Origin: Erysipelotrichaceae bacterium
GTDB taxonomy: Bacteria; Bacillota_I; Bacilli_A; Erysipelotrichales; Erysipelotrichaceae
DNA length: 64,000 bases
Assembly (NCBI GenBank): GCA_030525525.1
Contig: JAUNEN010000001.1
Coordinates: forward strand, 30,934 to 94,933
Direction: 5' to 3'
Part shown: positions 9,568 through 17,868 of the stretch, piece after piece
How the letters are laid out: each line of letters starts with the position of its first letter
How positions within the stretch are numbered: position 1 is the first letter of the stretch
Program-made: the position numbers and the translations under genes
Notes under the pieces: generated by a model
What the model was told of the DNA's origin: nothing
What the model saw: only the letters and a program-made list of their open reading frames with translations
The model's database searches: none

Positions 9568-10017
9568 TTATTTCTCGCTTCCGATCAGTCTGACTTTGAT
9601 CGTACCGATCACATTCTTATGCAGTTCGACTCTGACTTTTGTGACGCCGAGGGACTGAATCGGTGCAGTGTCGAGAATCTTCTTCTTGTCAATGGTGATT
9701 CCCTTGCGCATCAGTTCGGCAGCGATCTGCTTTGTTGAAACAGAACCGAATACCTTTCCTTCAACTCCTGAGCGGACATGGAAATCAAGTGTCATTTTTT
9801 CAAGCTCTTCAGCTGTCTTTCTGGCGGCTTCCTCCCGCTTCTTTTCTTCTGCCGCTTCAATCTTCTTCTCTTCACCGAGAATTTCCAGGCTCTTCTTTGT
9901 TTCGGCGACCGCAAGACCTCTTGCGATCAGAAAGTTTCTGGCATATCCGTCGGAAACATCGACAATCTCGCCTTTCTTTCCGACTTTCTTTACATCCTGT
10001 TTAAGAATCACTTTCAT
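9568..10017 (-). CDS. rplI: 50S ribosomal protein L9
   Basis: MKVILKQDVKKVGKKGEIVDVSDGYARNFL; KVFGSVS. Confidence 0.97.
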   Translation of the reverse strand: MKVILKQDVKKVGKKGEIVDVSDGYARNFLIARGLAVAETKKSLEILGEEKKIEAAEEKKREEAARKTAEELEKMTLDFHVRSGVEGKVFGSVSTKQIAAELMRKGITIDKKKILDTAPIQSLGVTKVRVELHKNVIGTIKVRLIGSEK

Positions 10018-11971
10018 CTGTTGTTTCCTCCTTCAAATATTGATCCACGGCGGCAACCAGCTCTGTTTTCAAAGCATCCACAGTGCTCTTGGGACGCTGT
10101 ACAGCCGCAGCTGCCAGATGTCCGCCACCGCCCATCTTTTCCATAATTCTCTGAACGTTGATCTTTCCGCTTGAACGGGCGGAAATGCATGTATCCTGAC
10201 CGCTCTGGGCGATGACAAATGAAGCCTGTACGGACTGGATTGCCAAGAGACTGTCTGCCACCTGACTCATCAGCGAGCGGGTCATGTTTCTGTCTTTGAT
10301 CGGTGCGATGATGACCCCTCCCGGGTATCTTTCGGCACACGCCATCGCGTTGGATTTCAGTGTAAACTCATCAAACGTATCGCGCAGCCAGTCATATGCA
10401 GTCTGCGGATCGGCACCGTATTTGCGCAGCACGCTTGCCGCATCGTAGGTTCTTGAACCGGTGCGCACACGCCATCTCTGGGTATCGATGATCATTCCCG
10501 CCAGCATGAATGTGGCATCCACATCGGAGATATTTGTTCTCTGCGACATGTAGGGAATCATCTCTGTCAGTAATTCACAGGTACTTGAAGCACCGGCCTC
10601 GATATAGATCAGCACCGGCTTGACGCCCATATCGGTGGCACGTCTGTGATGGTCGATGACAACGACCTTTCTTGCCTGTTCAAGCAGCTTGGAGCCGTTG
10701 GACTGTTTGGTGTTGTGGTGATCGGTCATGATCACAAGCGAATTGTCCTGAAGCTGATTGATCGCTTCGCCTTCGGTTACGAAATTCACTTCTTTCTTTA
10801 ACAGCTCTTCATTTGCCTTCATGGTTGCTTCGAGCTTTTCCTCAATGCCGCCGGTTCTGGCAATGATGCAGACCTGCTTATGCAGTGATGTGCAGATTCT
10901 GGAAAGACAGATCGCAGAACCGATGCAGTCGAAGTCCGCATTCTTGTGTCCGCAGATGATGACGTTGCTGGATTGCTGAATCAGATCGCGCAATGCATGC
11001 GACATGACACGCACACGTACACGGCTTCTTTTTTCGGTTGCTTCACTGGAGCCGCCGAAGTATTTCACTTCTTCACCGACTTTCTGTACCGCCACCTGAT
11101 CGCCGCCTCTTGTCTGGGCAAGGTCCATCAGATTGGATACCATCTCATCCAGTTCCATCAGGTTGCCCGTACCTCTTGCAAAAGCAAGAGACAGGGTGAT
11201 TGAAACATCCATCTTCTGAGCGCTCTTTCTGATTCTTGAAAGAATCGAAAAGTGATCTGCCGCAATCTCGGAGAAGATCTTTTCATTGAGAATCAGAAGA
11301 TATTTGTTGTGATTGTTCAGGCGTTTTGCCAGGATGCCGTGCTGTGAACAATATTCAACCAGCGGTGTGCGGACTGCAGTTGTAATTGCTGCAGTATCCG
11401 CTTCATCCGCATACTGAACACTCTCTTCATAGTTGTCAAAATTCGCCAGACCGACAACAATCTGCTCATCGGCATATTTCTCTCTGTATGTACTGACCTC
11501 CGTAATATCACGGAAGAAAATAATCTGCGAATCTTCGGAACGGCGGATTTCATAGATTCTGTTATCAAGTCTGACAGTCGCCGTATCGCTTCTGCCGGCA
11601 ATCAGATCATCCGCTTCCGGCATCCATGTCAGCAGCTTGTGTCCCACCCGGTTGATGCCGCGGGTGGTGAACAGCTCGCTCATCCATGTGACAACATAAT
11701 CGTCATCATAGATCACCATGCCGATTTCACCGGTCAGGTAAGCCTGTCTTGCGGTTGAACCGAGCATCTGTTTGACGCCGGTCGTGCTTTCTTCAAAAAC
11801 ATTTTCAAAATGTTCAAACAGCAGAATGCTGCCGGCAATTTCAAGCACCAGAATGATGCAGGCACTGAGAACATTTGCCTTTAATCCAAACCAGAAGAAT
11901 GCAAGTACGGCAGCTTCAATCAGAATGATTCCGGCAACAACACGTTTTGCTCTGTCAATTTTCTGACGCAT
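10001..11971 (-). CDS. gdpP: c-di-AMP phosphodiesterase (2TM, PAS-like, degenerate GGDEF, DHH, DHHA1)
   Basis: RGGDQV, GHKNADFDC, IDHHR, GGGGH; yybS-gdpP-rplI-dnaB order. Start 11971 from AGGAGG SD. Confidence 0.92.
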   Translation of the reverse strand: MRQKIDRAKRVVAGIILIEAAVLAFFWFGLKANVLSACIILVLEIAGSILLFEHFENVFEESTTGVKQMLGSTARQAYLTGEIGMVIYDDDYVVTWMSELFTTRGINRVGHKLLTWMPEADDLIAGRSDTATVRLDNRIYEIRRSEDSQIIFFRDITEVSTYREKYADEQIVVGLANFDNYEESVQYADEADTAAITTAVRTPLVEYCSQHGILAKRLNNHNKYLLILNEKIFSEIAADHFSILSRIRKSAQKMDVSITLSLAFARGTGNLMELDEMVSNLMDLAQTRGGDQVAVQKVGEEVKYFGGSSEATEKRSRVRVRVMSHALRDLIQQSSNVIICGHKNADFDCIGSAICLSRICTSLHKQVCIIARTGGIEEKLEATMKANEELLKKEVNFVTEGEAINQLQDNSLVIMTDHHNTKQSNGSKLLEQARKVVVIDHHRRATDMGVKPVLIYIEAGASSTCELLTEMIPYMSQRTNISDVDATFMLAGMIIDTQRWRVRTGSRTYDAASVLRKYGADPQTAYDWLRDTFDEFTLKSNAMACAERYPGGVIIAPIKDRNMTRSLMSQVADSLLAIQSVQASFVIAQSGQDTCISARSSGKINVQRIMEKMGGGGHLAAAAVQRPKSTVDALKTELVAAVDQYLKEETTDESDS

Positions 11972-12896
11972 AGACTCCTCCTTTCGAGATTCGCTCATGA
12001 AGATCGGTCGTGATATAAAGGAAACCGGTGATCGCAAGCGGAAGACTCATGGTAAACACCATCAGCACAACAATCAATACAAGCCACATTCTGATCTTCG
12101 GGAAAACCTTCGGTACAAAAATCAATACGGCAAGCACGCCGAAACCGAGCAGATAGATAAGTCCGAGGGTTCCGAGCGCCATGGCTGCTGTCTGATATAC
12201 TTCAGCATCAAACGGTCTGAAGATCGAATAGTAATACACACACATTGCACCAAAAGCAAGATATCCTGTCCACTTCGGCGGATAATACTGTTCAATCGGC
12301 GTGGATTTGGGGACCGGAAAGCGAAGGCGCTTAAGCATAAGACGGGCAGCCAGATGGGTTACCATCCCTTCCATGACACCGGTCAGAATTGCCGAAATCA
12401 CAAAGAGCGTCCGCAGCGAATCGGCATTTGTGAGCGAAACCGGGAATTCAACTCCCGTCTGTGCCGTCAGCTGATCCATAATCTTTGTATATTCGGTGAT
12501 TTCACTGGTGACATCATATCCGAAAAACGATGCAAAGATCACCATCGCAAGCAGTTCAACGATTCCCCCGAGAAACAGCGTTCTCAGAAGAATCCGTCTG
12601 TTTTCGGTTCCGGCATGAACACTTGCGCCATAGATCGTCCCGATCACGCTTTCCGAAATCACAAAGAACATACTCTGGGGTGTACCGAGAATGAAAACAA
12701 GTGCACATAACGCACCCAGAACCATTCCGCTGGCCTTCAGTCCGTATTTTGCCGAGTAGAAAACCATCGGCAGCGGGAACAGAAACAGCAGCATGCTTGA
12801 AAGAGTGCCTGCAAGCTGTCTGTCCATCAGTAAGACAGCACCGACAATTGCGATCATCATCGCGCCGTCCGTTATTTTTTTGATTTCCTGATTCAT
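11955..12896 (-). CDS. yybS: YybS/DUF2232 family membrane protein
   Basis: Multi-TM; KKITDGAMMIAI start and FPLPMVFYSAKYG pattern; conserved position upstream of gdpP. Confidence 0.75.
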   Translation of the reverse strand: MNQEIKKITDGAMMIAIVGAVLLMDRQLAGTLSSMLLFLFPLPMVFYSAKYGLKASGMVLGALCALVFILGTPQSMFFVISESVIGTIYGASVHAGTENRRILLRTLFLGGIVELLAMVIFASFFGYDVTSEITEYTKIMDQLTAQTGVEFPVSLTNADSLRTLFVISAILTGVMEGMVTHLAARLMLKRLRFPVPKSTPIEQYYPPKWTGYLAFGAMCVYYYSIFRPFDAEVYQTAAMALGTLGLIYLLGFGVLAVLIFVPKVFPKIRMWLVLIVVLMVFTMSLPLAITGFLYITTDLHERISKGGVYASEN

Positions 12897-13035
12897 AATG
12901 TATCGTTCGCCCGCATGACAAAAAGGGCCGCGGGCCATGTAGAGATTATAGCATATTGTTTCATGAACGTGCAGAATCGGCCCCATTGTCAAATTTCTTT
13001 ACTTTGCAGCCGGTGGTGCTTAAAATGAAACCGTT

Positions 13036-13770
13036 ATGCAAACAGGAATGAAAGGATTTACAAAACAGCACGATCTGCTTTGCGGTCTCAAGGACGGCAT
13101 TCCGATCGCACTCGGATATCTGGCGGTTTCATTTTCACTCGGCATTGCCATGAAGAATGCCGGCATGAACGCAGCCGAAGGCTTTTTCTTCAGCCTTTTC
13201 AATCTTGCCTCAGCCGGGGAATATGCTGCCCTGCAGGTCATTGCGGCAGACGGTGCGTATCTTGAAATTGCGATTGTCACCCTTGTCGCAAATGCCCGCT
13301 ATCTGCTGATGAGCACTGCCCTCTCTCAGAAATTCAGCGGGAAGACAGCTTTGATTCACCGCTTCTTTGTCGGATATGGAATCACGGACGAGCTGTTCGG
13401 GCTCGGCATTGCGCAAAGCGGAGCGCTGTCTCCATGGTATTACTATGGAGCCCTGTCGATTTCGGCACTGTTCTGGGCAATCGGATCATCCGGCGGAATC
13501 ATTGCCGGAAACATCCTGCCGGCCAGAATCGTCAGAGCATTGAGCGTTGCCTTATTCGGAATGTTTCTTGCGATCATCATTCCGCCCTGCCGCAAAGACA
13601 GAGCAGTTCTGGCAGTTGTGCTTTCCGGTTTTGCCCTCAGCTGGTTATGCGATCTGATTCCTGCCATCAGTATTTCTTCAGGAACCAAAACAATTATTCT
13701 GACCGTTCTGATTGCTGCGGCTGCTTCCGTGATTGCACCGCACGAAGAAAGTGCAGGTGAGGACGCATGA
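13036..13770 (+). CDS. azlC: AzlC family branched-chain amino acid exporter, large subunit
   Basis: GIPIALGYLAV, AGEYAA, NARYLLMS, ITDELF motifs. Confidence 0.9.
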   Translation: MQTGMKGFTKQHDLLCGLKDGIPIALGYLAVSFSLGIAMKNAGMNAAEGFFFSLFNLASAGEYAALQVIAADGAYLEIAIVTLVANARYLLMSTALSQKFSGKTALIHRFFVGYGITDELFGLGIAQSGALSPWYYYGALSISALFWAIGSSGGIIAGNILPARIVRALSVALFGMFLAIIIPPCRKDRAVLAVVLSGFALSWLCDLIPAISISSGTKTIILTVLIAAAASVIAPHEESAGEDA

Positions 13771-14078
13771 AACACAGCATTCTACTCTATATCCTTGTTT
13801 CGGGCGGTGTTTCCTATCTGATCCGTGTACTGCCTCTGACGCTGATCAGAAAGCCGATCAGAAGTCCGTTCATCCGTTCGTTTCTGTATTATGTTCCCTA
13901 TGCGACGCTTGCCGTCATGACTTTCCCGGCAATTGTTCAGTCTACCGGCAGTCCGCTTTCCGGATATATTGCCCTGGCAGTCGGGATTCTATTTGCCTAT
14001 CAGGGCAGAAGCCTTCCCTTTGTCGCTTCCGCCTGCTGCATCGCTGTATTGATCAGCGAATGGATCATACCGATGTAA
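13767..14078 (+). CDS. azlD: AzlD family small subunit
   Basis: VSYLIRVLP, FLYYVPYATLAVM; ATGA overlap with azlC. Confidence 0.88.
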   Translation: MKHSILLYILVSGGVSYLIRVLPLTLIRKPIRSPFIRSFLYYVPYATLAVMTFPAIVQSTGSPLSGYIALAVGILFAYQGRSLPFVASACCIAVLISEWIIPM

Positions 14079-14103
14079 AAAGACGCACTTCACGCGTCTT
14101 TTT
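14077..14103 (+). terminator. Terminator at the convergent azlD/trmD ends
   Basis: AAAAGACGC-7nt-GCGTCTTTT inverted repeat. Confidence 0.7.
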
Positions 14104-14812
14104 CGTTATCGATTTCTTTGAGCAGCCTGATTTCTTCTTCACTCAGCTGTCTGTTTTCAAGAAGATCAGGTCTTTCTTCTGCAGTCCGCGCAAGCGCCTG
14201 CTTCAGGCGCCACAGGCGTATTTTTTCATGGTTGCCTGAGAGCAGTACATCCGGTACCTTTCTGCCTTCAAACTCGGCAGGCTTTGTATATTGCGGATAT
14301 TCAAGCAGACCGTTTTCAAATGACTCATCTTCCGTACTCTGTTGCCGTATGGTGCCAAGCATCCGGACTATCGAATCAATGACACTCATCGCCGGGATTT
14401 CTCCGCCGCTCAGAATATAATCACCGACCGAAAGCAGTTCGTCGCACTCTTCATATACCCTTGCGTCAATGCCTTCATAATGCCCGCAGATCAGGATCAG
14501 ATGTTCAAGCTGCTCATATCCATGAACCTTTTTCTGTGTATAAAGGTTGCCGCATGGTGCAAAGATAACGGTATGACTTTCTTCACTGCGCACGCTTCTT
14601 AAAGCATCAATCACCGGCACAGGCCGCATGATCATCCCTGCCCCGCCGCCATACGGACTGTCATCGATATGACGGTAACTGCCCCCGGCAAACTCTCTGA
14701 TATCAACGAATTCAAGCTGAAGAGAGCCCTTCTGTACTGCCCGCTTCACAAGAGCGGATTCCGTAAATCCTGCAAAGATTTCCGGACACATGGTGAGCAC
14801 CGAGATTCTCAT
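14090..14812 (-). CDS. trmD: tRNA (guanine37-N1)-methyltransferase
   Basis: DDSPYGGGAGM, LICGHYEGID, SVGDYILSGGE, EYPQYTKP, LLSGNH. Confidence 0.97.
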   Translation of the reverse strand: MRISVLTMCPEIFAGFTESALVKRAVQKGSLQLEFVDIREFAGGSYRHIDDSPYGGGAGMIMRPVPVIDALRSVRSEESHTVIFAPCGNLYTQKKVHGYEQLEHLILICGHYEGIDARVYEECDELLSVGDYILSGGEIPAMSVIDSIVRMLGTIRQQSTEDESFENGLLEYPQYTKPAEFEGRKVPDVLLSGNHEKIRLWRLKQALARTAEERPDLLENRQLSEEEIRLLKEIDNEKDA

Positions 14813-14815
14813 CGA

Positions 14816-16024
14816 TCAGAATCCTCCGACCTGGATTGTCGGATCCATTTCATTGATCTTGCCGACATAGCGGCTGTAGACTTCCTGATACCCCGGATAC
14901 AGAGAATCATTGAGCTGTGAGAACGGAATCTCTTCAAAATCAGTATGTGCACTGCGGTTGGAATAGGTCCAGTGCAGATCTGCTTTGACATCGGAGATTC
15001 TGATATCAGTCTTCGCTCCCTGGATTGTCTTGGTAATCTTAAGACCGCCCATCATGCCGATCATGCTTTCTTCCCACGGCCACTGATCCGAGATCATATT
15101 GCCCAGCGCATAGAAGCAGATTGTCTTTCCGTTGATCCATTCAACCGGCTGAATGCAGTGAACATGATTGCCGATGATGATATCCGCTCCGGCATCGGAG
15201 AGCTGACGGGCAATAGACATCTGCGATTCATTGGGCGTCATGGAATATTCATCACCCCAATGGATTGCGACGATGACAACATCTGCTTTTTCTTTGCCTT
15301 GTCTGACCTGATCGAGCATGACATCCATATAGCCGTCATAGCAGTTGACAAGATATTCTTCACCTTCCGGACACTGCAGTCCGTTCATTCCGTATGTCCA
15401 TGAAACAAAGACATAGGAGATGCCGTTGACTTCATAGACCGGCAGTTCGTTGTATTCTTCCCAGGATGTATTTGTGCCGTCTTCAACAACACCCTCCTGT
15501 GATTTCCAGAAAGCTTTTGACGCTGCGATTCCGGCTCCCCATCTGTCAAGCGCATGATTGGTGGCAGTTGAGACAAGATTGAAACCCTGGGCAACCATAT
15601 CGCGTCCCCACTCCTGCGGTGAGCAGAACATCGGATAGTTGGAGAGACCGAGTTCTTCTCCGCCCAGTATTGTTTCCTGATTGTAATAGGCAAGATCATA
15701 CTGACGGGCAATCTCACCGAGTCTGTAGATCTGATGTGTAAAATCCCATCCGCCCTCAGCCGTTCTTCCGTCGTCGTAGACAGTGTCATGAAGAAGTGCA
15801 TCGCCGACCATGAACAGCGTTGCCTGCGTCTGTCTGATCACCGGGGAATATCCTTCTTCCGTATTCCTCTTATGTGCCGAAGGCTGAAGTCTGACGTAAT
15901 GATCATTATTGACAGCTGAATCAAGCAGCTTTGCCAGCCCGAACCCGCCGGCAAATACTGCCGCAACAATCGCACATAACAGAATGATTCTGTCAATGCG
16001 AAGCTTTCTCTTTCTTCCTGCCAT
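14816..16024 (-). CDS. CapA/PGA_cap family metallophosphatase-like membrane-anchored protein
   Basis: VGDALLH, NQET, ATNHALD, IHWGDEY, GNHVH, YALGN; N-terminal TM; GGAGG SD before 16024. Confidence 0.85.
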   Translation of the reverse strand: MAGRKRKLRIDRIILLCAIVAAVFAGGFGLAKLLDSAVNNDHYVRLQPSAHKRNTEEGYSPVIRQTQATLFMVGDALLHDTVYDDGRTAEGGWDFTHQIYRLGEIARQYDLAYYNQETILGGEELGLSNYPMFCSPQEWGRDMVAQGFNLVSTATNHALDRWGAGIAASKAFWKSQEGVVEDGTNTSWEEYNELPVYEVNGISYVFVSWTYGMNGLQCPEGEEYLVNCYDGYMDVMLDQVRQGKEKADVVIVAIHWGDEYSMTPNESQMSIARQLSDAGADIIIGNHVHCIQPVEWINGKTICFYALGNMISDQWPWEESMIGMMGGLKITKTIQGAKTDIRISDVKADLHWTYSNRSAHTDFEEIPFSQLNDSLYPGYQEVYSRYVGKINEMDPTIQVGGF

Positions 16025-16159
16025 ATGCCCCTCCGAAATGATTGATACCCCTTTGAATCCAAGGATTATCTTATCATACAAAATACAGAATGCGCCGATT
16101 GCCTCAGAACCGGGCATTTCCTTCCTTTTTCAGCCTTCCGAAAAAAAATCAAAAATCTG

Positions 16160-16188
16160 TTGGCTTTTTATCCCTTATGTGCTAACAT
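16160..16188 (+). promoter_or_regulatory. tRNA-Pro promoter
   Basis: TTGGCT, 17 nt, TAACAT with extended-10 TG. Confidence 0.55.
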
Positions 16189-16204
16189 AATCTACGCTGA
16201 ACGT

Positions 16205-16281
16205 CGGGGTGTGGCTCAGCTTGGTAGAGCGCTTCGTTCGGGACGAAGAGGTCGTGAGTTCGAATCTCGTCACCCCGACCA
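16205..16281 (+). tRNA. tRNA-Pro (anticodon CGG)
   Basis: CGGGGTG/CACCCCG acceptor stem, D-arm GCTCAGCTTGGTAGAGC, anticodon arm CTTCG-TTCGGGA-CGAAG, GTTCGAAT T-loop, encoded CCA; 77 nt. Confidence 0.97.
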
Positions 16282-16283
16282 TC

Positions 16284-16317
16284 AAAGATCTGTCATGTGA
16301 CAGGTCTTTTTTTATTT
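16284..16317 (+). terminator. Terminator after tRNA-Pro
   Basis: AAGATCTGTCA-TG-TGACAGGTCTT followed by a T-run. Confidence 0.75.
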
Positions 16318-16377
16318 CATTTTCCGGGATGCATCGCATTCAATGGTATGATATCTGCAAGGAAAAGAGGAAAAATC

Positions 16378-17244
16378 ATGATCAGCAAATACCGCTATAC
16401 CGGCAAAAACCGGTTCGACATTTCAGATGTATCCACAGATGAAACCTCACTTTGTTCTGACAAAAAAGAAGCGAAAGAAAAAATGAAGGCAAATGAAGAG
16501 GAACTCGACCTTCTTCAGCAGAAACTCTATGCCGAGAAAAAGGAAGGCCTCATCATTGTCTTCCAGGCGATGGACGCAGCCGGCAAGGACGGCACCATCA
16601 GCCATGTTCTGCAATGCCTTTCTCCGCACGGCGTCTACGAGGCAGCTTTCAAATCCCCCAGCTCAGCCGAACTTGCCCACGATTTTCTCTGGCGGATTGT
16701 TCAGAAAGTCCCTGCCAAAGGTGAAATTGCCATCTTCAACCGTTCTCATTATGAAGATGTTCTGATCGGCAAAGTCAAAAAGCTCTATGCGTCACAGGCA
16801 CAATCCAGAAGAATTGATCTGGATGAAGTCATCGACAGACGCTATGAAGACATCAAAAACTTCGAAAAGTATCTTTACAACAACAATGTACGGGTCATCA
16901 AAATATTCCTGAATGTATCAAAGGATGAACAGGCCAGACGCTTCTTAAGCAGAATTGAAGAGCCTGAGAAAAACTGGAAGTTCTCCAGCGGCGACGTGGA
17001 GGAAAGAGAATACTGGGATGCCTATATGCAGGCATTTGAAGACGTAATCAATGAAACTTCCACAAAGCATTCCCCCTGGTATGTTGTCCCTGCCGATCAT
17101 AAGTGGTATATGCGCTATGTCGTTTCCGAAATCATTCTGAATGAACTGCGCGACATGGATCCCCGCTTCCCGGAAGTCACAAAGGAAAGACTGGATGAAT
17201 TTGCCGGCTGGGCAGAAAAGCTGAAATCCGAGCTCTCAGAATAA
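16378..17244 (+). CDS. ppk2: Polyphosphate kinase 2 family, single-domain (class III-like)
   Basis: FQAMDAAGKDG Walker A, FKSPSSAELAHDFLWR, FNRSHYEDV, WKFS, PWYVVPADHKW. Confidence 0.9.
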   Translation: MISKYRYTGKNRFDISDVSTDETSLCSDKKEAKEKMKANEEELDLLQQKLYAEKKEGLIIVFQAMDAAGKDGTISHVLQCLSPHGVYEAAFKSPSSAELAHDFLWRIVQKVPAKGEIAIFNRSHYEDVLIGKVKKLYASQAQSRRIDLDEVIDRRYEDIKNFEKYLYNNNVRVIKIFLNVSKDEQARRFLSRIEEPEKNWKFSSGDVEEREYWDAYMQAFEDVINETSTKHSPWYVVPADHKWYMRYVVSEIILNELRDMDPRFPEVTKERLDEFAGWAEKLKSELSE

Positions 17245-17274
17245 TATAATATTCCTCACGAAAAGAGGTATCCT

Positions 17275-17814
17275 ATGGCAGTTGAAATGAATTACTGCAT
17301 GCAGTGCGGTGAAAAACTGGAAGAAAAATATCTGGAATCAGAAGGAAAAAACATCCCCTGGTGCCCGAAATGCAATGACTACAGATTCCCTGTATTCAAT
17401 TGCGGCGTTTCAATGATCATCACGGATGAAAAACATGAGAAGATCCTGCTGATCAGACAGTACGGCGGCGATCAATATATTCTCTGCGCCGGCTATGTCA
17501 ATATCGGCGAAGACGCCGAAAATGCGGCAGTCCGTGAAATCAAGGAAGAGCTCGGCCTAACGGCAAAAAGCGTCACCTTCAACAGATCGCATTATTACAA
17601 GCCCAGCAATACGCTGATGTTCAATTTCACGGCGGTTGTCGATGATGTGGATGCAGTACCGAATGAAGAAATCGATTTCTGGAAATGGATGAGCATTGAA
17701 GAAGCTGAAAAATACATCCGGAAGAATTCACTGGCGGAAGCATTCCTCAAAGGTTATCTGCATGGGGAATATCACTTCCCGCAGTATCCTGAAAAACCAT
17801 ACAGACATAAATAA
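17275..17814 (+). CDS. Zn-ribbon Nudix hydrolase (short NudC-like)
   Basis: CMQCG...CPKC zinc ribbon; Nudix box GYVNIGEDAENAAVREIKEELGL. Confidence 0.8.
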   Translation: MAVEMNYCMQCGEKLEEKYLESEGKNIPWCPKCNDYRFPVFNCGVSMIITDEKHEKILLIRQYGGDQYILCAGYVNIGEDAENAAVREIKEELGLTAKSVTFNRSHYYKPSNTLMFNFTAVVDDVDAVPNEEIDFWKWMSIEEAEKYIRKNSLAEAFLKGYLHGEYHFPQYPEKPYRHK

Positions 17815-17819
17815 GCATT

Positions 17820-17868
17820 AAAAAATGACATGCTCACAGGTAAATCTGAGTGAACATGTCATTTTTTT
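17820..17868. terminator. Bidirectional terminator between Nudix and ABC genes
   Basis: AAAAAATGACATG...CATGTCATTTTTT long inverted repeat. Confidence 0.8.

Noticed and set aside
16205-16380. tRNA-Pro as a possible island integration site
   Set aside because: No integrase and no duplicated tRNA 3' end in the window; terminator and ppk2 follow directly.
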